This document shows positions 33,243-46,970 of a stretch of DNA of 64,000 nucleotides, piece by piece (within the stretch, counting starts at the first letter, position 1; the number at the start of each line of letters is the position of its first letter). The stretch is from the NCBI GenBank assembly GCA_035277345.1, contig DATEKR010000320.1, forward strand, positions 39,304-103,303, written 5' to 3'. The notes below the pieces were generated by a model. It worked only from the letters and a program-made list of their open reading frames with translations. It did no database searches and had not been told where the DNA came from. A program made the translations under genes and the position numbers. This stretch comes from Enterobacteriaceae bacterium. GTDB taxonomy: Bacteria > Pseudomonadota > Gammaproteobacteria > Enterobacterales > Enterobacteriaceae.

Positions 33243-33272
33243 ACTATAAAGTAATCAACGATTGACGTTCAA
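33243..33272 (-). promoter_or_regulatory. Putative sigma70 promoter for the pld-immunity pair
   Basis: TTGAAC-N18-TATAGT on the minus strand; inverted repeat TCACCACA-N7-TGTGGTGA just downstream (33221-33243). Confidence 0.4.
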
Positions 33273-33314
33273 GCGTTTGTCTTCCTGAAGGCATTCCGAT
33301 AATTACGGATGCTG

Positions 33315-33344
33315 TAATGCCGGTCACCTGAGTGACCGGCATTA
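33315..33344 (-). terminator. liv operon terminator hairpin
   Basis: TAATGCCGGTCAC-CTGA-GTGACCGGCATTA, a 13-bp perfect stem. Confidence 0.7.
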
Positions 33345-33350
33345 GGAATA

Positions 33351-34064
33351 TTATCCGCCCAAATACGCGCTTCTTACCGCCTCATTCGCCAGCAGGGCAT
33401 CGCCAGTGTCTTCCAGCACCACATGGCCGTTTTCGAGCACGTAGCCACGGTCGGCAAGCTTCAGCGCCTGGTTGGCGTTCTGCTCGACGAGGAAGATGGT
33501 CATCCCCTCTTCCCGCAGCTGTTCGATGGTGTCGAAGATCTGCTGGATAATGATCGGGGCCAGGCCCAGGGACGGTTCATCCAGCAGCAGCAGGCGCGGC
33601 TGGCTCATCAGAGCACGCCCAATTGCCAGCATCTGCTGTTCGCCGCCGGACATGGTGCCCGCACGCTGGATGCGACGCTCGTGCAGACGCGGGAACAGGT
33701 CATAGACGCGCTCGATACGCTGCTGGAACTGGTCGCGCTCGGCAAAGAAGCCGCCCATTGCGAGATTTTCTTCCACCGTCATACGGGAGAAGACGCGACG
33801 GCCTTCCGGCACAATAGCGACCGCTTCACGCATGATCTTCGCCGTTTGCCAGTCGGTAATGTCCTTACCGTCAAACACAATCCGACCGCTGGTCGCACGC
33901 GGATCGCCGCAGAGCGTGCCCAGCAGGGTGGTTTTGCCCGCGCCGTTGGCGCCAATCAGGGTCACGATTTCACCCTGATTGATATGCAGGCTTACCTCGT
34001 GCAGCGCCTGAATCTTACCGTAGTGGGCGCTTACTTTGTCAAAAGACAGCATTACATTTTCCAT
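33351..34064 (-). CDS. livF: Branched-chain amino acid ABC ATPase
   Basis: GANGAGKT and MSGGEQQM. Confidence 0.96.
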   Translation of the reverse strand: MENVMLSFDKVSAHYGKIQALHEVSLHINQGEIVTLIGANGAGKTTLLGTLCGDPRATSGRIVFDGKDITDWQTAKIMREAVAIVPEGRRVFSRMTVEENLAMGGFFAERDQFQQRIERVYDLFPRLHERRIQRAGTMSGGEQQMLAIGRALMSQPRLLLLDEPSLGLAPIIIQQIFDTIEQLREEGMTIFLVEQNANQALKLADRGYVLENGHVVLEDTGDALLANEAVRSAYLGG

Positions 34065-34065
34065 C

Positions 34066-34833
34066 TTATGCCTCGCCCAGATACGCGCGGATCACATCCG
34101 GGTTATTACGAATCTCTTCCGGCGTACCGTTAGCCAGCGGCGTTCCCTGATTGACCACATAAATGCGGTCGGAAATGCCCATCACCAGCTTCATATCGTG
34201 CTCGATCAGCAGGATGCTGGTGTTGTGGTGGTCGCGCAGTTCGACAATCAGCTCGTCCAGCTCTTTGGTCTCTTTTGGATTCAGGCCCGCCGCCGGTTCG
34301 TCCAGCATCAGAATTTCCGGCTGGGTGACCATGCAGCGAACGATCTCCAGACGACGCTGGTCACCGTAGGCCAGATTGCTGGCCTGGCGGTTAGCGTGCG
34401 CTAACAAACCAATGCGGTCCAGCCAGGTCGCGGCTCTGTCGAGGGCTTCATCCTGCGCCCGACGAAATGCCGGAGTCTTTAACAGACCGGAGAAGACGCC
34501 GGTTTTCAGATGCTGGTGTTGCGCCACCAGCAGGTTTTCAATCACCGTCATTTCGCGGAACAGACGCACGTGCTGGAAGGTACGCACCACGCCCATACGG
34601 GCGATCTGCTGGCCCGGCAGCCCCTCCAGGTGCTGGTCACGCAGCATAATGGTACCGCCAGTCGGCTTATAGAAACCGGTCAGGCAGTTAAATACCGTGG
34701 TTTTCCCGGCGCCGTTAGGGCCAATCAGAGAGACGATCTCCTGCGGGCGAAGCTCCAGAGAGACGTTATTGACGGCCAGCAGGCCGCCAAAACGCATCAT
34801 CAGACCGCTGACGGATAATAATGGCTGGCTCAT
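34066..34833 (-). CDS. livG: Branched-chain amino acid ABC ATPase
   Basis: GPNGAGKT and LAYGDQRR. Confidence 0.96.
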   Translation of the reverse strand: MSQPLLSVSGLMMRFGGLLAVNNVSLELRPQEIVSLIGPNGAGKTTVFNCLTGFYKPTGGTIMLRDQHLEGLPGQQIARMGVVRTFQHVRLFREMTVIENLLVAQHQHLKTGVFSGLLKTPAFRRAQDEALDRAATWLDRIGLLAHANRQASNLAYGDQRRLEIVRCMVTQPEILMLDEPAAGLNPKETKELDELIVELRDHHNTSILLIEHDMKLVMGISDRIYVVNQGTPLANGTPEEIRNNPDVIRAYLGEA

Positions 34834-36107
34834 GCCTGCTCTCCTTTTTCTTGCCCGTTCTTCAGCTTCAGCTGCGGACGGGTCATCGGCAGCAGACCCT
34901 GCGGACGCCAGATCATCATCAGCACCATCAAACCACCCAGCATCAGCATGCTGTACTCATTGAAGTCGCGCATCAGTTCACGCGATACCACCAGCAGAAT
35001 CGCCGCCAGGATCACCGCAAACTGCGAGCCCATTCCGCCCAGGACCACAATCGCCAGCACAAAGGCGGATTCGGCGAAGGTGAAGGATTCCGGGCTGACA
35101 AAGCCCTGACGGGCGGCAAAGAGCGTTCCGGCAAAACCAGCAAAGGCGGCGCTGATGGTAAAGGCGGTCAGCTTGATGCGCGTCGGGCTGAGGCCCAGCG
35201 AGCGACAGGCGATCTCATCTTCACGCAGGGCTTCCCACGCCCGCCCCAGCGGCATACGCAGGAGACGGTTAATCACGAACAGGGTCAGCACGACCAGCAG
35301 CAGCGCCACCAGATAGAGGAACACCACGCGGTCGCTCGGATCGTACTTGACGTTAAAGAAGTTGCTGAAAGTATCCCAGCCGCCTTCGCGGGCGGTACGG
35401 CTGAACTCCAGGCCAAACAGGGTCGGTTTCGGGATCTGGCTGATACCGTTCGGGCCGCCGGTCACCTCGGTGTTGTTCAGCAGCAGGATACGCACGATCT
35501 CGCCGAAGCCCAGCGTCACAATCGCCAGATAGTCGCCGCGCAAACGCAGCACCGGGAAGCCCAGCAGGAATCCGGCCGCCGCCGAAACCAGCCCGGCCAG
35601 CGGCAGGCAGGTCCAGAAGCCAAGACCGTAGTAGTGGTTCAGCAGGGCAAAGGTATAGGCACCGATAGCATAGAAGCCGCCGTAGCCCAGCACCAGCAGG
35701 CCGGAGAGTCCCACCACAACGTTCAGACCGAGGCCGAGAATGATATAAATCATCGTCAGGGTGGCGATATCCACCGTCCCGCGCGACACCATAAATGGCC
35801 AGGCAACGGCAATCACCAGCAGCGCAATCAGGAACAGCTTCTGTTTAACCGTCGAGCCATCAATGGCCGGCAGAACGAATTTCGGCCCGGAGACGCTCTT
35901 CAGGCCTTTCTGGAAGAGCGGGCGCAGCAGCTGGAAGAAGAAGACCACCGCGGTGCCAACAAAGACCCACTGCCAGCGAATATCGGTCGCCGAACCCACC
36001 ACCAGTTTAGTACCGTCCAGCTGCAGCTGGACCCCCATAAAGACGCCAGCCAGTACGAAGAAGATCGCCGCAGAGAGCAGCGCCATCGCAAAATGCATCG
36101 GTTTCAT
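34830..36107 (-). CDS. livM: Branched-chain amino acid ABC permease
   Basis: [18 protein letters not shown]. Confidence 0.96.
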   Translation of the reverse strand: MKPMHFAMALLSAAIFFVLAGVFMGVQLQLDGTKLVVGSATDIRWQWVFVGTAVVFFFQLLRPLFQKGLKSVSGPKFVLPAIDGSTVKQKLFLIALLVIAVAWPFMVSRGTVDIATLTMIYIILGLGLNVVVGLSGLLVLGYGGFYAIGAYTFALLNHYYGLGFWTCLPLAGLVSAAAGFLLGFPVLRLRGDYLAIVTLGFGEIVRILLLNNTEVTGGPNGISQIPKPTLFGLEFSRTAREGGWDTFSNFFNVKYDPSDRVVFLYLVALLLVVLTLFVINRLLRMPLGRAWEALREDEIACRSLGLSPTRIKLTAFTISAAFAGFAGTLFAARQGFVSPESFTFAESAFVLAIVVLGGMGSQFAVILAAILLVVSRELMRDFNEYSMLMLGGLMVLMMIWRPQGLLPMTRPQLKLKNGQEKGEQA

Positions 36108-37030
36108 ACTTTCTCTACCTCCGGACGGCCCAGGATACCGGTCGGCATCACCAGCAGCACGCCAATCAGCAGGGCAAACGACACCACGTCCTTATACTCT
36201 GTGCTTAAGTAAGCGGAGGTCAGCGCTTCGGCAACGCCGAGGATCAGGCCGCCAATCATCGCGCCAGGGATACTGCCGATACCGCCCAGAACCGCTGCGG
36301 TGAAGGCTTTCATCCCGGCCATAAAGCCGATATAGGGGCTAATCACGCCGTAAAACTGCCCGAGCAATACCCCGGCAACCGCGGCCATCGCGGCACCAAT
36401 CACAAAGGTGAGTGAAATCACGCGGTCGGTATTGATGCCGAGCAGGCTGGCCATTTTCAGGTCTTCCGCACAGGCGCGGCAGGCGCGTCCCATACGGGAG
36501 TAGCGGATAAACAGCGTCAGAGCGAGCATCGCAAGGAAGGTCACCACCCAGATAACCAGCTGCATCGTAGTAATAGAGGCGGAGAAGTTTTCACTGCTAC
36601 CTACCACCCACTGGCCGTTAAACAGGCTCGGCAGAGCGATATCACGCGAACCTTCTGTGAGGCTGACGTAGTTCTGCAGGAAGATGGACATCCCGATTGC
36701 CGAGATAAGTGCAATCAGGCGCTTGGAGCTACGCACCGGTCGGTAGGCCACCCGTTCGATGCTCCAGCCGTAGGTACTGGCGATAATAATCGCCCCGACG
36801 AATCCGGCACCAACCAGCAGCCAGCTGGTATCGATACCCATCATCATCAGCGCGGCGATAATCATAAAGGAGACATAGCTGCCGATCATATAGACCTCGC
36901 CGTGGGCGAAGTTGATCATGCCGATAATGCCGTACACCATGGTGTAGCCGATGGCGATCAGCGCATAGGTGCTTCCCAGCGTTACGCCGTTAAACATCTG
37001 CTGCAAAAAATAGAGAAACTGCTCTGACAT
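36104..37030 (-). CDS. livH: Branched-chain amino acid ABC permease
   Basis: [24 protein letters not shown]. Confidence 0.96.
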   Translation of the reverse strand: MSEQFLYFLQQMFNGVTLGSTYALIAIGYTMVYGIIGMINFAHGEVYMIGSYVSFMIIAALMMMGIDTSWLLVGAGFVGAIIIASTYGWSIERVAYRPVRSSKRLIALISAIGMSIFLQNYVSLTEGSRDIALPSLFNGQWVVGSSENFSASITTMQLVIWVVTFLAMLALTLFIRYSRMGRACRACAEDLKMASLLGINTDRVISLTFVIGAAMAAVAGVLLGQFYGVISPYIGFMAGMKAFTAAVLGGIGSIPGAMIGGLILGVAEALTSAYLSTEYKDVVSFALLIGVLLVMPTGILGRPEVEKV

Positions 37031-37096
37031 AAAATAACCTTTCGCAATCTGCTCAGGCCCGAAGCCTGAGCAGCGAGATAACAGTTTGCGTCGACC

Positions 37097-38206
37097 TTAT
37101 TTTGCTACGCTTGACGAACCGTCGGCGTGCCACTGGAAGACACCGAATTCAAATCCCTTCAGATCGCCTTTTTCATCCCAGTTCAGCGGCCCAATCACGG
37201 TTTTCGCGCCGTGCGCTTTTAAATCTTTTACCAGGTCCAGCGGCTCACGGCTGTCGGCACGCTCAAGTGCGGTAGCCAGAGACTGCATTGCCGCATAGGT
37301 GATCCACACATACGGACCGCTCGGATCTTTTTTCTCTGCTTTCAGGGCTGCCACGATAGCGCTATTGGTCGGGTCCTGGTCATAGCGTTTTGGCATGGTC
37401 ACCAGCAGGCCTTCGCCCGCATCGCCCGCGATATTGGACAGGGAGGCATTACCCACGCCTTCCGGTCCCATAAACTGGGTTTTCAGGCCGGTAGCACGCG
37501 CCTGACGCAGCATCTGACCCATTTCCGGGTAGTAGCCGCCGTAGTAAACAAAGTCGATGTTCTCTTTCTGCAGACGGGCAATCAGCGCGGAGAAATCTTT
37601 CTCACCGGCGGTGATGCCGTCAAAGAACACCACGTTAGCACCGGCCGCTTTCAGTCCGGTCTGCACGGAACGGGCCAGGCCTTCACCGTACTGCTGTTTG
37701 TCGTGAATAATGGCGACGCGTTGCGGCTTCACTTTCTCCACGATGTACTTCGCCGCAGTCGGTCCCTGAGAGGAGTCGAGGCCTGCCGTACGCATAATGT
37801 GCTGATAGCCGCGCTGGGTCAGCTCCGGGTTGGTCGCCCCCGGGGTGATCATCAGGATGCCTTCGTCTTCATAGATATCGGAAGCGGGCTGCGTGGAAGA
37901 AGAGCACAGGTGGCCGATCACGTACTGAATACCGTCATTAATGATTTTGTTGGCAACGGCAACCGCCTGTTTCGGGTCGCAGGCATCGTCATATTCGACG
38001 CCGACCAGCTTGTCGCCTTTAATACCACCGGCGGCATTAATGTCCTTAATCGCCTGGCGAGCACCGTTAAACTCCATATCACCCCATTGGGCAACCGGAC
38101 CGGACATTGCCCCAACGATAGCTACCTTAATATCGTCCGCCATCGCCGCGTGGGAAATCGCCAATGCAACCATCCCCGCGATTACTGCTTTCGCGTTCTT
38201 TTTCAT
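37097..38206 (-). CDS. livK: Leucine-specific binding protein
   Basis: [18 protein letters not shown] (Trp characteristic of LivK); [10 protein letters not shown]. Confidence 0.95.
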   Translation of the reverse strand: MKKNAKAVIAGMVALAISHAAMADDIKVAIVGAMSGPVAQWGDMEFNGARQAIKDINAAGGIKGDKLVGVEYDDACDPKQAVAVANKIINDGIQYVIGHLCSSSTQPASDIYEDEGILMITPGATNPELTQRGYQHIMRTAGLDSSQGPTAAKYIVEKVKPQRVAIIHDKQQYGEGLARSVQTGLKAAGANVVFFDGITAGEKDFSALIARLQKENIDFVYYGGYYPEMGQMLRQARATGLKTQFMGPEGVGNASLSNIAGDAGEGLLVTMPKRYDQDPTNSAIVAALKAEKKDPSGPYVWITYAAMQSLATALERADSREPLDLVKDLKAHGAKTVIGPLNWDEKGDLKGFEFGVFQWHADGSSSVAK

Positions 38207-38677
38207 ACTGTGAAATCCCCATTCGTGATGTCGTTTCTGCACGTCACGGGCCACTACGGAAAACCACGCGGCCTCGTTGTGTAGATATTTTGTTTTATTA
38301 TGGTTAAAAAGCACTCTGTACTTTTAATGCACAACGCTATTTTTACCAGCGTCATTAATGGTTTAGCGTAGTTTTTTGCCAAAAACCAGACTAAAACCCC
38401 TATATTTCAGCCAATTAAGCACAGATAATATTCTGTATTAAATCGAAGATAAACAAAAAAAGTCCGTGGCACAGCATAAAATAACGGTACAAAGAACGGA
38501 ATAAATCACTACCTTTCAGGGGAAAATCCTGCCTGTTTTTCGATCCGTGATGTTTAAAACTACGCCAGCGTCGCTAGCACAATTAATCCCCTGATGAAAC
38601 GACCTGAAAAGAGGCGTCACCCATCGCCGAAAGGGGGTACACTTTCTGTCATCATTGTGAAATGGACTGGGCCGTCA

Positions 38678-39070
38678 ATGAAACTGACCATTATCCGTCT
38701 GGAAAACTTTAGCGAGCAGGATCATATTGATCTGGGGAAAATCTGGCCGGAGTATTCTCCCGCCTCGTTCGATGTCGATGACATCTACCGCATTTACGCC
38801 GCCCGTTTTAACGAACGCCTGCTCGGCGCGGTTCGCGTCACCCTTAGCTTCGGCCACGGGGCGCTGGACTCATTACGCGTGCGGGAGATCACCCGTCGTC
38901 GCGGCGTCGGGCAATATTTGCTGGAAGAGTTGATACGCGATAACCCGGACATTACCACCTGGTGGATGACCGATATTGGCGTTGAAGACTATGACGCGAT
39001 GAACGCATTTATGCAGGCGCTCGGCTTTACGCAGCAGTCGGGCGGCTGGAAAAAACGGCTGGATCAATAA
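38678..39070 (+). CDS. panM: PanD maturation factor (GNAT-like)
   Basis: MKLTIIRL...ARFNERLLGA...RRRGVGQYL; lies between livK and livJ. Confidence 0.92.
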   Translation: MKLTIIRLENFSEQDHIDLGKIWPEYSPASFDVDDIYRIYAARFNERLLGAVRVTLSFGHGALDSLRVREITRRRGVGQYLLEELIRDNPDITTWWMTDIGVEDYDAMNAFMQALGFTQQSGGWKKRLDQ

Positions 39071-39124
39071 GGGCGGACGGCATCGCTGCCGGTCCGCCCC
39101 TGTTACACCACGTGCGAAACGCGA

Positions 39125-40228
39125 TTATTTTGCGTCGGTCGCGGTACCGTCAGCATGCCAGGTAAACACACCAAACTCGAAACCTTTCAGGTCGCCTTTC
39201 TCATCCCAGGAGAGCGGACCCATCACCGTTTCAACAGAGTTAGCTTTCAGGTATTTCGCGATTTCAGCCGGCTCAGCTGACTGCTCCAGGCCCGCCTGCA
39301 GCGACTGCAGCGCAGCATAGGTGGTCCAGACAAACGCGCCGCTTGGATCCTGTTTCTTCGCCTTGATAGCGTCCACAATCGGTTTGTTCGCCGGTACCTG
39401 GTCGTAGTTCTTCGGCTTGGTCACCAGCATCCCTTCCGCTGACTCACCTGCGATGTTAGACAGGGAAACGTTAGCCACGCCTTCCGGCCCCATAAATTTG
39501 GTTGTCAGACCGGCCGCACGTGACTGGCGCAGGATCTGCCCCATTTCCGGGTGGTAGCCGCCGTAGTAGACGAAGTCGATATTGTCTTTCTTCAGACGGG
39601 CAACCAGGGTGGAGAAGTCTTTCTCACCGGCGGTGATACCGTCAAAGAACACCACGTCGGCTCCGCCTTTTTTCAGGCCTTCCTGCACCGCACGGGCCAG
39701 ACCTTCGCCGTACTGCTGTTTGTCATGGATCACCGCGATACGCTTCGGCTTCACGCTGTCCAGAATGTATTTCGCTGCGGTCGGGCCCTGGTCGGAGTCC
39801 AGACCGGTGGTGCGCAGCACCAGTTGATAACCGCGAGCGGTCAGCTCGGGAGCGGTTGCCGCCGGCGTGATCATCAGAATGCCTTCGTCTTCATAGATAT
39901 CAGACGCTGGCTGAGTCGAAGAGGAGCAGAGGTGGCCGATCACATATTTGATGCCATCGTTAACCACTTTGTTAGCAACCGCGACCGCCTGTTTCGGGTC
40001 ACAGGCGTCGTCATATTTCACCGCGACCAGCTTATTGCCCTTAACACCGCCTTTGGCATTAATGTCGGCAATCGCCTGCTCAGCCCCGGTAAACTCCTGA
40101 TCGCCATACTGCGCAACCGGACCAGACATCGCGCCGACCACGGCCACTTTGATATCTTCAGCAAGTGCCATGTTGCTCATCGCCAGCGCGATACATCCTG
40201 CCAGTAACGCTTTACCCTTCATTTTCAT
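39125..40228 (-). CDS. livJ: Leu/Ile/Val-binding protein
   Basis: [21 protein letters not shown]-rich leader consistent with a GcvB target. Confidence 0.95.
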   Translation of the reverse strand: MKMKGKALLAGCIALAMSNMALAEDIKVAVVGAMSGPVAQYGDQEFTGAEQAIADINAKGGVKGNKLVAVKYDDACDPKQAVAVANKVVNDGIKYVIGHLCSSSTQPASDIYEDEGILMITPAATAPELTARGYQLVLRTTGLDSDQGPTAAKYILDSVKPKRIAVIHDKQQYGEGLARAVQEGLKKGGADVVFFDGITAGEKDFSTLVARLKKDNIDFVYYGGYHPEMGQILRQSRAAGLTTKFMGPEGVANVSLSNIAGESAEGMLVTKPKNYDQVPANKPIVDAIKAKKQDPSGAFVWTTYAALQSLQAGLEQSAEPAEIAKYLKANSVETVMGPLSWDEKGDLKGFEFGVFTWHADGTATDAK

Positions 40229-40412
40229 CCTGAGGTTCCCCATTGTTATGGTGATTGCATTTGTTGTGATGTTTTTGTGTGACACATTATTTTGCTTACA
40301 GCCATAAGAGAAGCATATGATAGTTGTAAACCGGGATGCTGCCCGTGCCTTAGCAGCATACTCTGCTAAAACATACCCCATTTTTCGGAATTTGGAACAA
40401 CAATTTTCGCCA

Positions 40413-41678
40413 TCAGTGACTTAGCGAACGGGCGATAATCTCCAGTGCTTTACTGAACTGGGCATCAGGAATGGTCAGCGGGTAGAGGAAGCGGATAACG
40501 TTGCCGTAGACCCCGCAGCTCAGCAGAAGCAGCCCTTCACGCAGGGCAGCATCCTGTACCCGACGGGTAAACTCCGCGCAAGGTTCTCCGCTCTGCGGAT
40601 CGTTAAACTCCACCGCCACCATCGACCCCTGCGCGCGGATATCAGCGATATACGGGCAGCCCGTCCGCGCCCGGCTCAGCACCTCAACCAGCGCCTGCCC
40701 CAGCGCGTCAGCACGCGCGCACAGGTGCTCTTCGTCAATGACATCCAGCACGGCGTGGGCCGCGGCAATCGCCAGCGGATTACCGGCGTAGGTTCCGCCC
40801 AGCCCGCCTGGCGCAGGCGCATCCATCACGTCTGCACGACCAGCGATGGCCGAAAGCGGCAGCCCTCCGGCCAGGCTTTTCGCCATGGTGATCAGATCCG
40901 CTTTGCTGGCGTAGTGTTCCATCGCGAACAGCTTGCCGGTGCGGGCAAAGCCGCTCTGGACTTCGTCAGCAATCAGCAGGATGCCGTGCGTATCGCACAG
41001 CTGCCGCAGCCCCTGAATAAAGTCGTCAGGCGCCACGTTAAAACCGCCCTCGCCCTGCACCGGCTCCAGCAGAATGGCTGCCACCTGATCCGGCGCGATA
41101 TCGGCTTTAAAAATACGGTCGAGGCTTTTCAGGGCCTCTTCGGTACTCACCCCGTGCAACGCGTTCGGGTACTGAGCATGAAAAATCGAGCCGGGGAACG
41201 GGCCGAAACCCACTTTGTAGGGGACCACTTTGCCGGTCAGGGCCATGGTCATAAAGGTGCGGCCATGAAAACCGCCGCCGAAGGTGATGATACCTGGCCG
41301 ACGGGTGAAGGCCCGGGCAATTTTCACCGCGTTTTCCACCGCTTCCGCGCCGGTAGAGAAAAAGGCGGTTTTCGCCGGGCCGGAGATTGGCACGCGCTGA
41401 TTAATTCGCTCAGCCAGCGCGATGTAGCTCTCATAGGGCACGATCTGATACGCGGTATGCGTAAACGCTCCCAGCTGCTGCTCTACCGCCGCGACCACCC
41501 GCGGATGGCGATGCCCGGTATTGAGCACAGCGATCCCGGCAGCAAAATCAATAAATTCATTACCTTCGACATCCCACAGGGTGGCATTTTCCGCCCGCCG
41601 GGCATAGAACCCGCACATCACCCCAATCCCGCGCGGCGTTGCCTGCAGGCGTCGTTGATTTAATTCGTTATTCTTCAC
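40413..41678 (-). CDS. gabT: 4-aminobutyrate aminotransferase (GabT/PuuE type)
   Basis: [36 protein letters not shown] (PLP lysine); GTG start. Confidence 0.88.
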   Translation of the reverse strand: MKNNELNQRRLQATPRGIGVMCGFYARRAENATLWDVEGNEFIDFAAGIAVLNTGHRHPRVVAAVEQQLGAFTHTAYQIVPYESYIALAERINQRVPISGPAKTAFFSTGAEAVENAVKIARAFTRRPGIITFGGGFHGRTFMTMALTGKVVPYKVGFGPFPGSIFHAQYPNALHGVSTEEALKSLDRIFKADIAPDQVAAILLEPVQGEGGFNVAPDDFIQGLRQLCDTHGILLIADEVQSGFARTGKLFAMEHYASKADLITMAKSLAGGLPLSAIAGRADVMDAPAPGGLGGTYAGNPLAIAAAHAVLDVIDEEHLCARADALGQALVEVLSRARTGCPYIADIRAQGSMVAVEFNDPQSGEPCAEFTRRVQDAALREGLLLLSCGVYGNVIRFLYPLTIPDAQFSKALEIIARSLSH

Positions 41679-41827
41679 CCTGCACTCCCCGTCATTGGAT
41701 CGTTACGCACTTATCCCCAGCCACTTTGAGCATAGCAGCGGGGTCGTTTTCCTGCCGCAAGGAGCGGAGGTGAAAAAGAAAGAGATATGACAAAGCGGTC
41801 CTGCCAGAAGGCATGACTGTGGAGCGT

Positions 41828-41875
41828 TTTAAAAAGGAGAGAATGGAGAACCGGTAGCGCGGCGGCTACCGGTTA
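41828..41875 (-). terminator. rpoH terminator hairpin
   Basis: AACCGGTAGC...GCTACCGGTT stem at about 41849-41874 followed by a pyrimidine-rich run. Confidence 0.55.
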
Positions 41876-41884
41876 ATCTTGCGC

Positions 41885-42739
41885 TTACGCCTCGATGGCG
41901 GCGCGAAGTTTTTTCATGGCGTTCTTTTCAAGCTGGCGTACGCGCTCGGCGGACACGCCGTAGCGATCGGCCAGTTCCTGCAGGGTGGACTTGTTGTCTT
42001 CATCCAGCCAGCGGGCGCGGATAATCGCCTGGCTACGCTCGTCCAGACCGCTCATCGCGTGGGTCAGCTTGTTTGCCGCCTGCTCTTCCCAGTTGTCATC
42101 TTCAATGCCGTCGGCAAAGTTAGAGGACTTATCCTGCAGATAGAGCACCGGGGCCATCGGCTGGCTGTCGGACTCATCGTCAGACGACATGTCGAAGGTC
42201 ATATCCTGCGCGGCCATACGCGATTCCATTTCACGCACGTCTTTGCTGGATACGCCCAGCTCGCGGGCCACCATTTCCACTTCATCCTGGTTGAACCAGC
42301 CCAGACGCTGCTTGGCTTTACGCAGGTTAAAGAACAACTTACGCTGTGCTTTAGTGGTGGCAACCTTGACGATACGCCAGTTGCGCAGCACGTACTCGTG
42401 AATTTCCGCTTTGATCCAGTGCACCGCAAAGGAGACCAGACGGACACCCACTTCCGGGTTGAAACGACGTACGGCTTTCATCAGGCCGATATTGCCTTCC
42501 TGAATGAGATCCGCCTGCGGCAGACCATAGCCCGAATAGTTACGAGCAATATGAACAACAAAGCGCAGGTGGGACAGGATCAGCGTTTTAGCTGCTTCCA
42601 GCGAGCCCTGGTAATGCAGCTGTTCAGCAAGCTCCCGCTCTTCATCAGCCGATAACATCGGCCATGAATTGGCTGCCCGGATATAGGATTCCAGGTTACC
42701 GACAGGGGCTAAGGCTAAAGTTTGCATTTCTTTGGTCAT
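41885..42739 (-). CDS. rpoH: RNA polymerase sigma-32
   Basis: RpoH box QRKLFFNLR; 284 aa. Confidence 0.98.
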   Translation of the reverse strand: MTKEMQTLALAPVGNLESYIRAANSWPMLSADEERELAEQLHYQGSLEAAKTLILSHLRFVVHIARNYSGYGLPQADLIQEGNIGLMKAVRRFNPEVGVRLVSFAVHWIKAEIHEYVLRNWRIVKVATTKAQRKLFFNLRKAKQRLGWFNQDEVEMVARELGVSSKDVREMESRMAAQDMTFDMSSDDESDSQPMAPVLYLQDKSSNFADGIEDDNWEEQAANKLTHAMSGLDERSQAIIRARWLDEDNKSTLQELADRYGVSAERVRQLEKNAMKKLRAAIEA

Positions 42740-42840
42740 TCAAATCCTCTCAATTTACTGCTTTCTGGCGGCGGTCAGTCCCCATCAGGCAACTAACATG
42801 CCAGAACGTATAAGCGACGAGAATAGCATCCACTTTTGTA

Positions 42841-42867
42841 TCAGACAGTGATTTTATCCACAAGTTC
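42841..42867 (-). promoter_or_regulatory. rpoH sigmaE (P3) promoter with overlapping DnaA box
   Basis: GAACTT-N16-TCTGA on the minus strand; TTATCCACA at 42854-42862. Confidence 0.85.
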
Positions 42868-42995
42868 AATGCAACTGTGTGAATAGATTACGCACAAAAT
42901 GTGACACAGTCAGGAGGATGGAAGAGGTCGAAACCAGGTTTCTCATCCCCTGCCGGAGGGAACTCGTGGCAGGGGATGATTATAACAGAGATTTT

Positions 42996-44051
42996 TTAGT
43001 CAGGGGTAAAGTGACGTAAATGTTGAACGGTGGCCAGCCAGGCGGCGATCCAGCCGATCATTGAGCACAGCAGCAACAAAAGCAGGCACTCGTCAAACGA
43101 CAGGCCACTCAGCTCGAACTGGGTGCCGAAGACCTTCGCCACCTCGGTCACCGCCGAGGAGAGACGCATCACCAGGATCTCGGACAAGATCAATGACAAA
43201 AATGCCCCGGAAAAACCGAGCAACGCGCCGCCGTAGAGGAACGGGCGCAGGATAAAGCCGTCGGTCGCACCAATCAGCTTCTGCACATTAATGGTGTCGC
43301 GGCGAGAAAAAATACTCAGACGTACGCTGTTACCAATAACCAGGAAAACGGCCGCAATCATCAGCACGCCGATCATCGCCGACACCCGGCCAACCAGCCC
43401 GGTCAGCGCCGCCAGCCGGGCAAACCAGCTGTCATCCATGCGCACTTCATCAATACCCTGAACCTGGGAGATGCGATCGCGTAGAGTGTTCAGCTCCTGC
43501 GTCCCCTGAAAATCGATCTTCGGCACCACTACCGCCACGGCAGGCAGCGGGTTCTCTTCCAGCATATCCAGCGCGCCGCCAAACCCGGACCAGTTACGGA
43601 ACTCGCCCAGCGCCTCGTCGCGCGAGAGATAGTTAACCTTATCGACGCCCGATTCCGCCTGTAGCTGCCCGACCACCCGTGCCGCCGCATCGTCGTCCAG
43701 CGCCTTATCGAGATAGACGGTGATCTGCGGAGAAGGGTAGTACTGAGAGGCCGCCTGGTTAACGTTTTTGTAAACCATATAGCAGACGCTCGGCAGGGTC
43801 AGGGAGATAGCAATCACCATCACCGTCAGGAAGGTGGCGAAGGGTTTGCTCTTCAGATCCTGCAGCGCGCCCTGCCAGGCGTAGCGCACCTGCTCGTTAA
43901 AAACGTTAGTTTTCCGGGAGCCGGCACCTGGAGACGGCTTATTGCCGCGCTTCGGCGTATTACGATTGCCATCGCCGCCGACAGATTTACGCATCCGGTC
44001 AAACCGGCTGCCGAACTGTTTGATGTGGTTCATCGCTTCGCGCTTATTCAC
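42996..44051 (-). CDS. ftsX: Cell division ABC permease
   Basis: [27 protein letters not shown] start overlapping ftsE. Confidence 0.95.
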   Translation of the reverse strand: MNKREAMNHIKQFGSRFDRMRKSVGGDGNRNTPKRGNKPSPGAGSRKTNVFNEQVRYAWQGALQDLKSKPFATFLTVMVIAISLTLPSVCYMVYKNVNQAASQYYPSPQITVYLDKALDDDAAARVVGQLQAESGVDKVNYLSRDEALGEFRNWSGFGGALDMLEENPLPAVAVVVPKIDFQGTQELNTLRDRISQVQGIDEVRMDDSWFARLAALTGLVGRVSAMIGVLMIAAVFLVIGNSVRLSIFSRRDTINVQKLIGATDGFILRPFLYGGALLGFSGAFLSLILSEILVMRLSSAVTEVAKVFGTQFELSGLSFDECLLLLLLCSMIGWIAAWLATVQHLRHFTPD

Positions 44052-44712
44052 CGGCCAGGCCTCCATGCAAATGCCCGTCGCTCAGGTTCAGCATCCGGTA
44101 CGAACGGCGCGAAATCAGCCCCATATCGTGGGTTGCCATCAGCACCGTCACGCCGACGCGGTTAAACTCTTCGAACAGGCGCAAAATCCCTTCCGAAAGC
44201 GCGTCATCCAGGTTACCGGTCGGTTCATCTGCCAGCAGCACCGCCGGTTTATTCACTACCGCTCGGGCAATGCCTACGCGCTGCTGTTCACCGCCGGAGA
44301 GCTGGATGGGGAAGCTTTTCGCTTTGTCGAGCAGCCCGACTTTATCCAGCGCAGCCGAGACGCGGCGACGAATATCGTCCCCGCTCGCGCCCGCAATGAT
44401 CAGCGGGATCGCCACGTTGTCAAAGACAGTACGATCCATCAGCAGATGGTGATCCTGGAAGATCATCCCAATCTGTCGACGCAGGAACGGTACTTCGCGG
44501 TTTTTCAGGCGGCTGATATCGTGCCCGCCAAACCAAATCTTGCCGTCGCTCGGGCGCTCAATGCCGCAAATCAGCTTGAGCAGGGTACTTTTCCCCGCGC
44601 CTGAGTGGCCGGTCAGAAACGCCATCTCGCCCTGTCGCAGGTGGAAAGTGACACCCTGCAACGCTTGTCTCCCACCGCGATAGGCTTTGCTGACATGTTC
44701 AAAGCGAATCAT
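44044..44712 (-). CDS. ftsE: Cell division ATP-binding protein
   Basis: GHSGAGKST and LSGGEQQRV. Confidence 0.97.
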   Translation of the reverse strand: MIRFEHVSKAYRGGRQALQGVTFHLRQGEMAFLTGHSGAGKSTLLKLICGIERPSDGKIWFGGHDISRLKNREVPFLRRQIGMIFQDHHLLMDRTVFDNVAIPLIIAGASGDDIRRRVSAALDKVGLLDKAKSFPIQLSGGEQQRVGIARAVVNKPAVLLADEPTGNLDDALSEGILRLFEEFNRVGVTVLMATHDMGLISRRSYRMLNLSDGHLHGGLAGE

Positions 44713-44714
44713 TG

Positions 44715-46136
<1,422 letters not shown>

Positions 46137-46373
46137 TTGCGACCACACTCCTCGCTGTTATTTCATGGCACAGCCCGGTCTGATGCCGACCGACGCTGAA
46201 AATTTTTGAGAATGAATACGTTAGTCTACCACTTTCCGTGCAGCGCATCACCGCCTGAAAATCAGCTTCACGACGCGCCACGGGCTTCATATCGACAAAA
46301 TGTAACAAAGGTTTCACCTAAAGCGCGTCATCGTTAGAATAGCGGCCATTCCACAGGGTCTGAGAACCAAATA

Positions 46374-46970
46374 ATGAAAAAAACCTCTTCTGCGGCCAGC
46401 GGCCAAATCCGCCTGATTGGCGGCCAGTGGCGCGGACGTAAACTGCCGGTGCCCGACAGCCCGGGCCTGCGCCCGACAACGGATCGAGTCCGGGAAACCC
46501 TGTTTAACTGGCTGGCCCCGTCGATGGTCGATGCCCGCTGCCTGGACTGTTTTGCCGGTAGCGGTGCGCTGGGTCTGGAAGCCCTATCCCGTTACGCCGC
46601 CCGCGCCACGCTGCTGGAAATGGAGCGCGGCGTCGCACAGCAGTTACAAAAAAATCTGGCTACGCTAAAAGCAGGCAACGCCCAGGTGGTCAACACCAAT
46701 ACGCTGGCGTTTCTGGCGCAGACCGGCACGCCACACGATATCGTCTTTGTCGATCCACCGTTTCGCAAAGGGCTATTAGAAGAGACGCTGACGCTGCTGG
46801 AAAGCAACGGCTGGCTGGCGGATGACGCTCTGATCTACGTTGAGAGCGAAGTCGAAAACGGCCTGCCGCCCGTCCCTGCCAGCTGGCAGCTGCACCGCGA
46901 AAAAGTGGCGGGCCAGGTGGCCTACCGGCTCTATCACCGTGAAGTGCAAGGAGAGAATAATGCTGATTAA
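46374..46970 (+). CDS. rsmD: 16S rRNA m2G966 methyltransferase
   Basis: LRPTTDRVRETLFNWL, DCFAGSGALG, DPPF. Confidence 0.96.
   Translation: MKKTSSAASGQIRLIGGQWRGRKLPVPDSPGLRPTTDRVRETLFNWLAPSMVDARCLDCFAGSGALGLEALSRYAARATLLEMERGVAQQLQKNLATLKAGNAQVVNTNTLAFLAQTGTPHDIVFVDPPFRKGLLEETLTLLESNGWLADDALIYVESEVENGLPPVPASWQLHREKVAGQVAYRLYHREVQGENNAD

Noticed and set aside
29958..33350. PLD island as a prophage, IS or transposon, or as a PLD-nuclease defence system
   Set aside because: No integrase, transposase or flanking direct repeats seen. Two HKD motifs plus a lipoprotein partner fit a lipase effector better.
34821..36212. 463-aa plus-strand ORF (also 41879-42655, 43942-44604, 44712-45614)
   Set aside because: Fully antisense to the conserved livM, rpoH, ftsE and ftsY genes; no RBS or domain evidence.
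37097..40228. Sequence similarity between livK and livJ as a recent duplication
   Set aside because: Ancient, well-known paralog pair in the standard arrangement.
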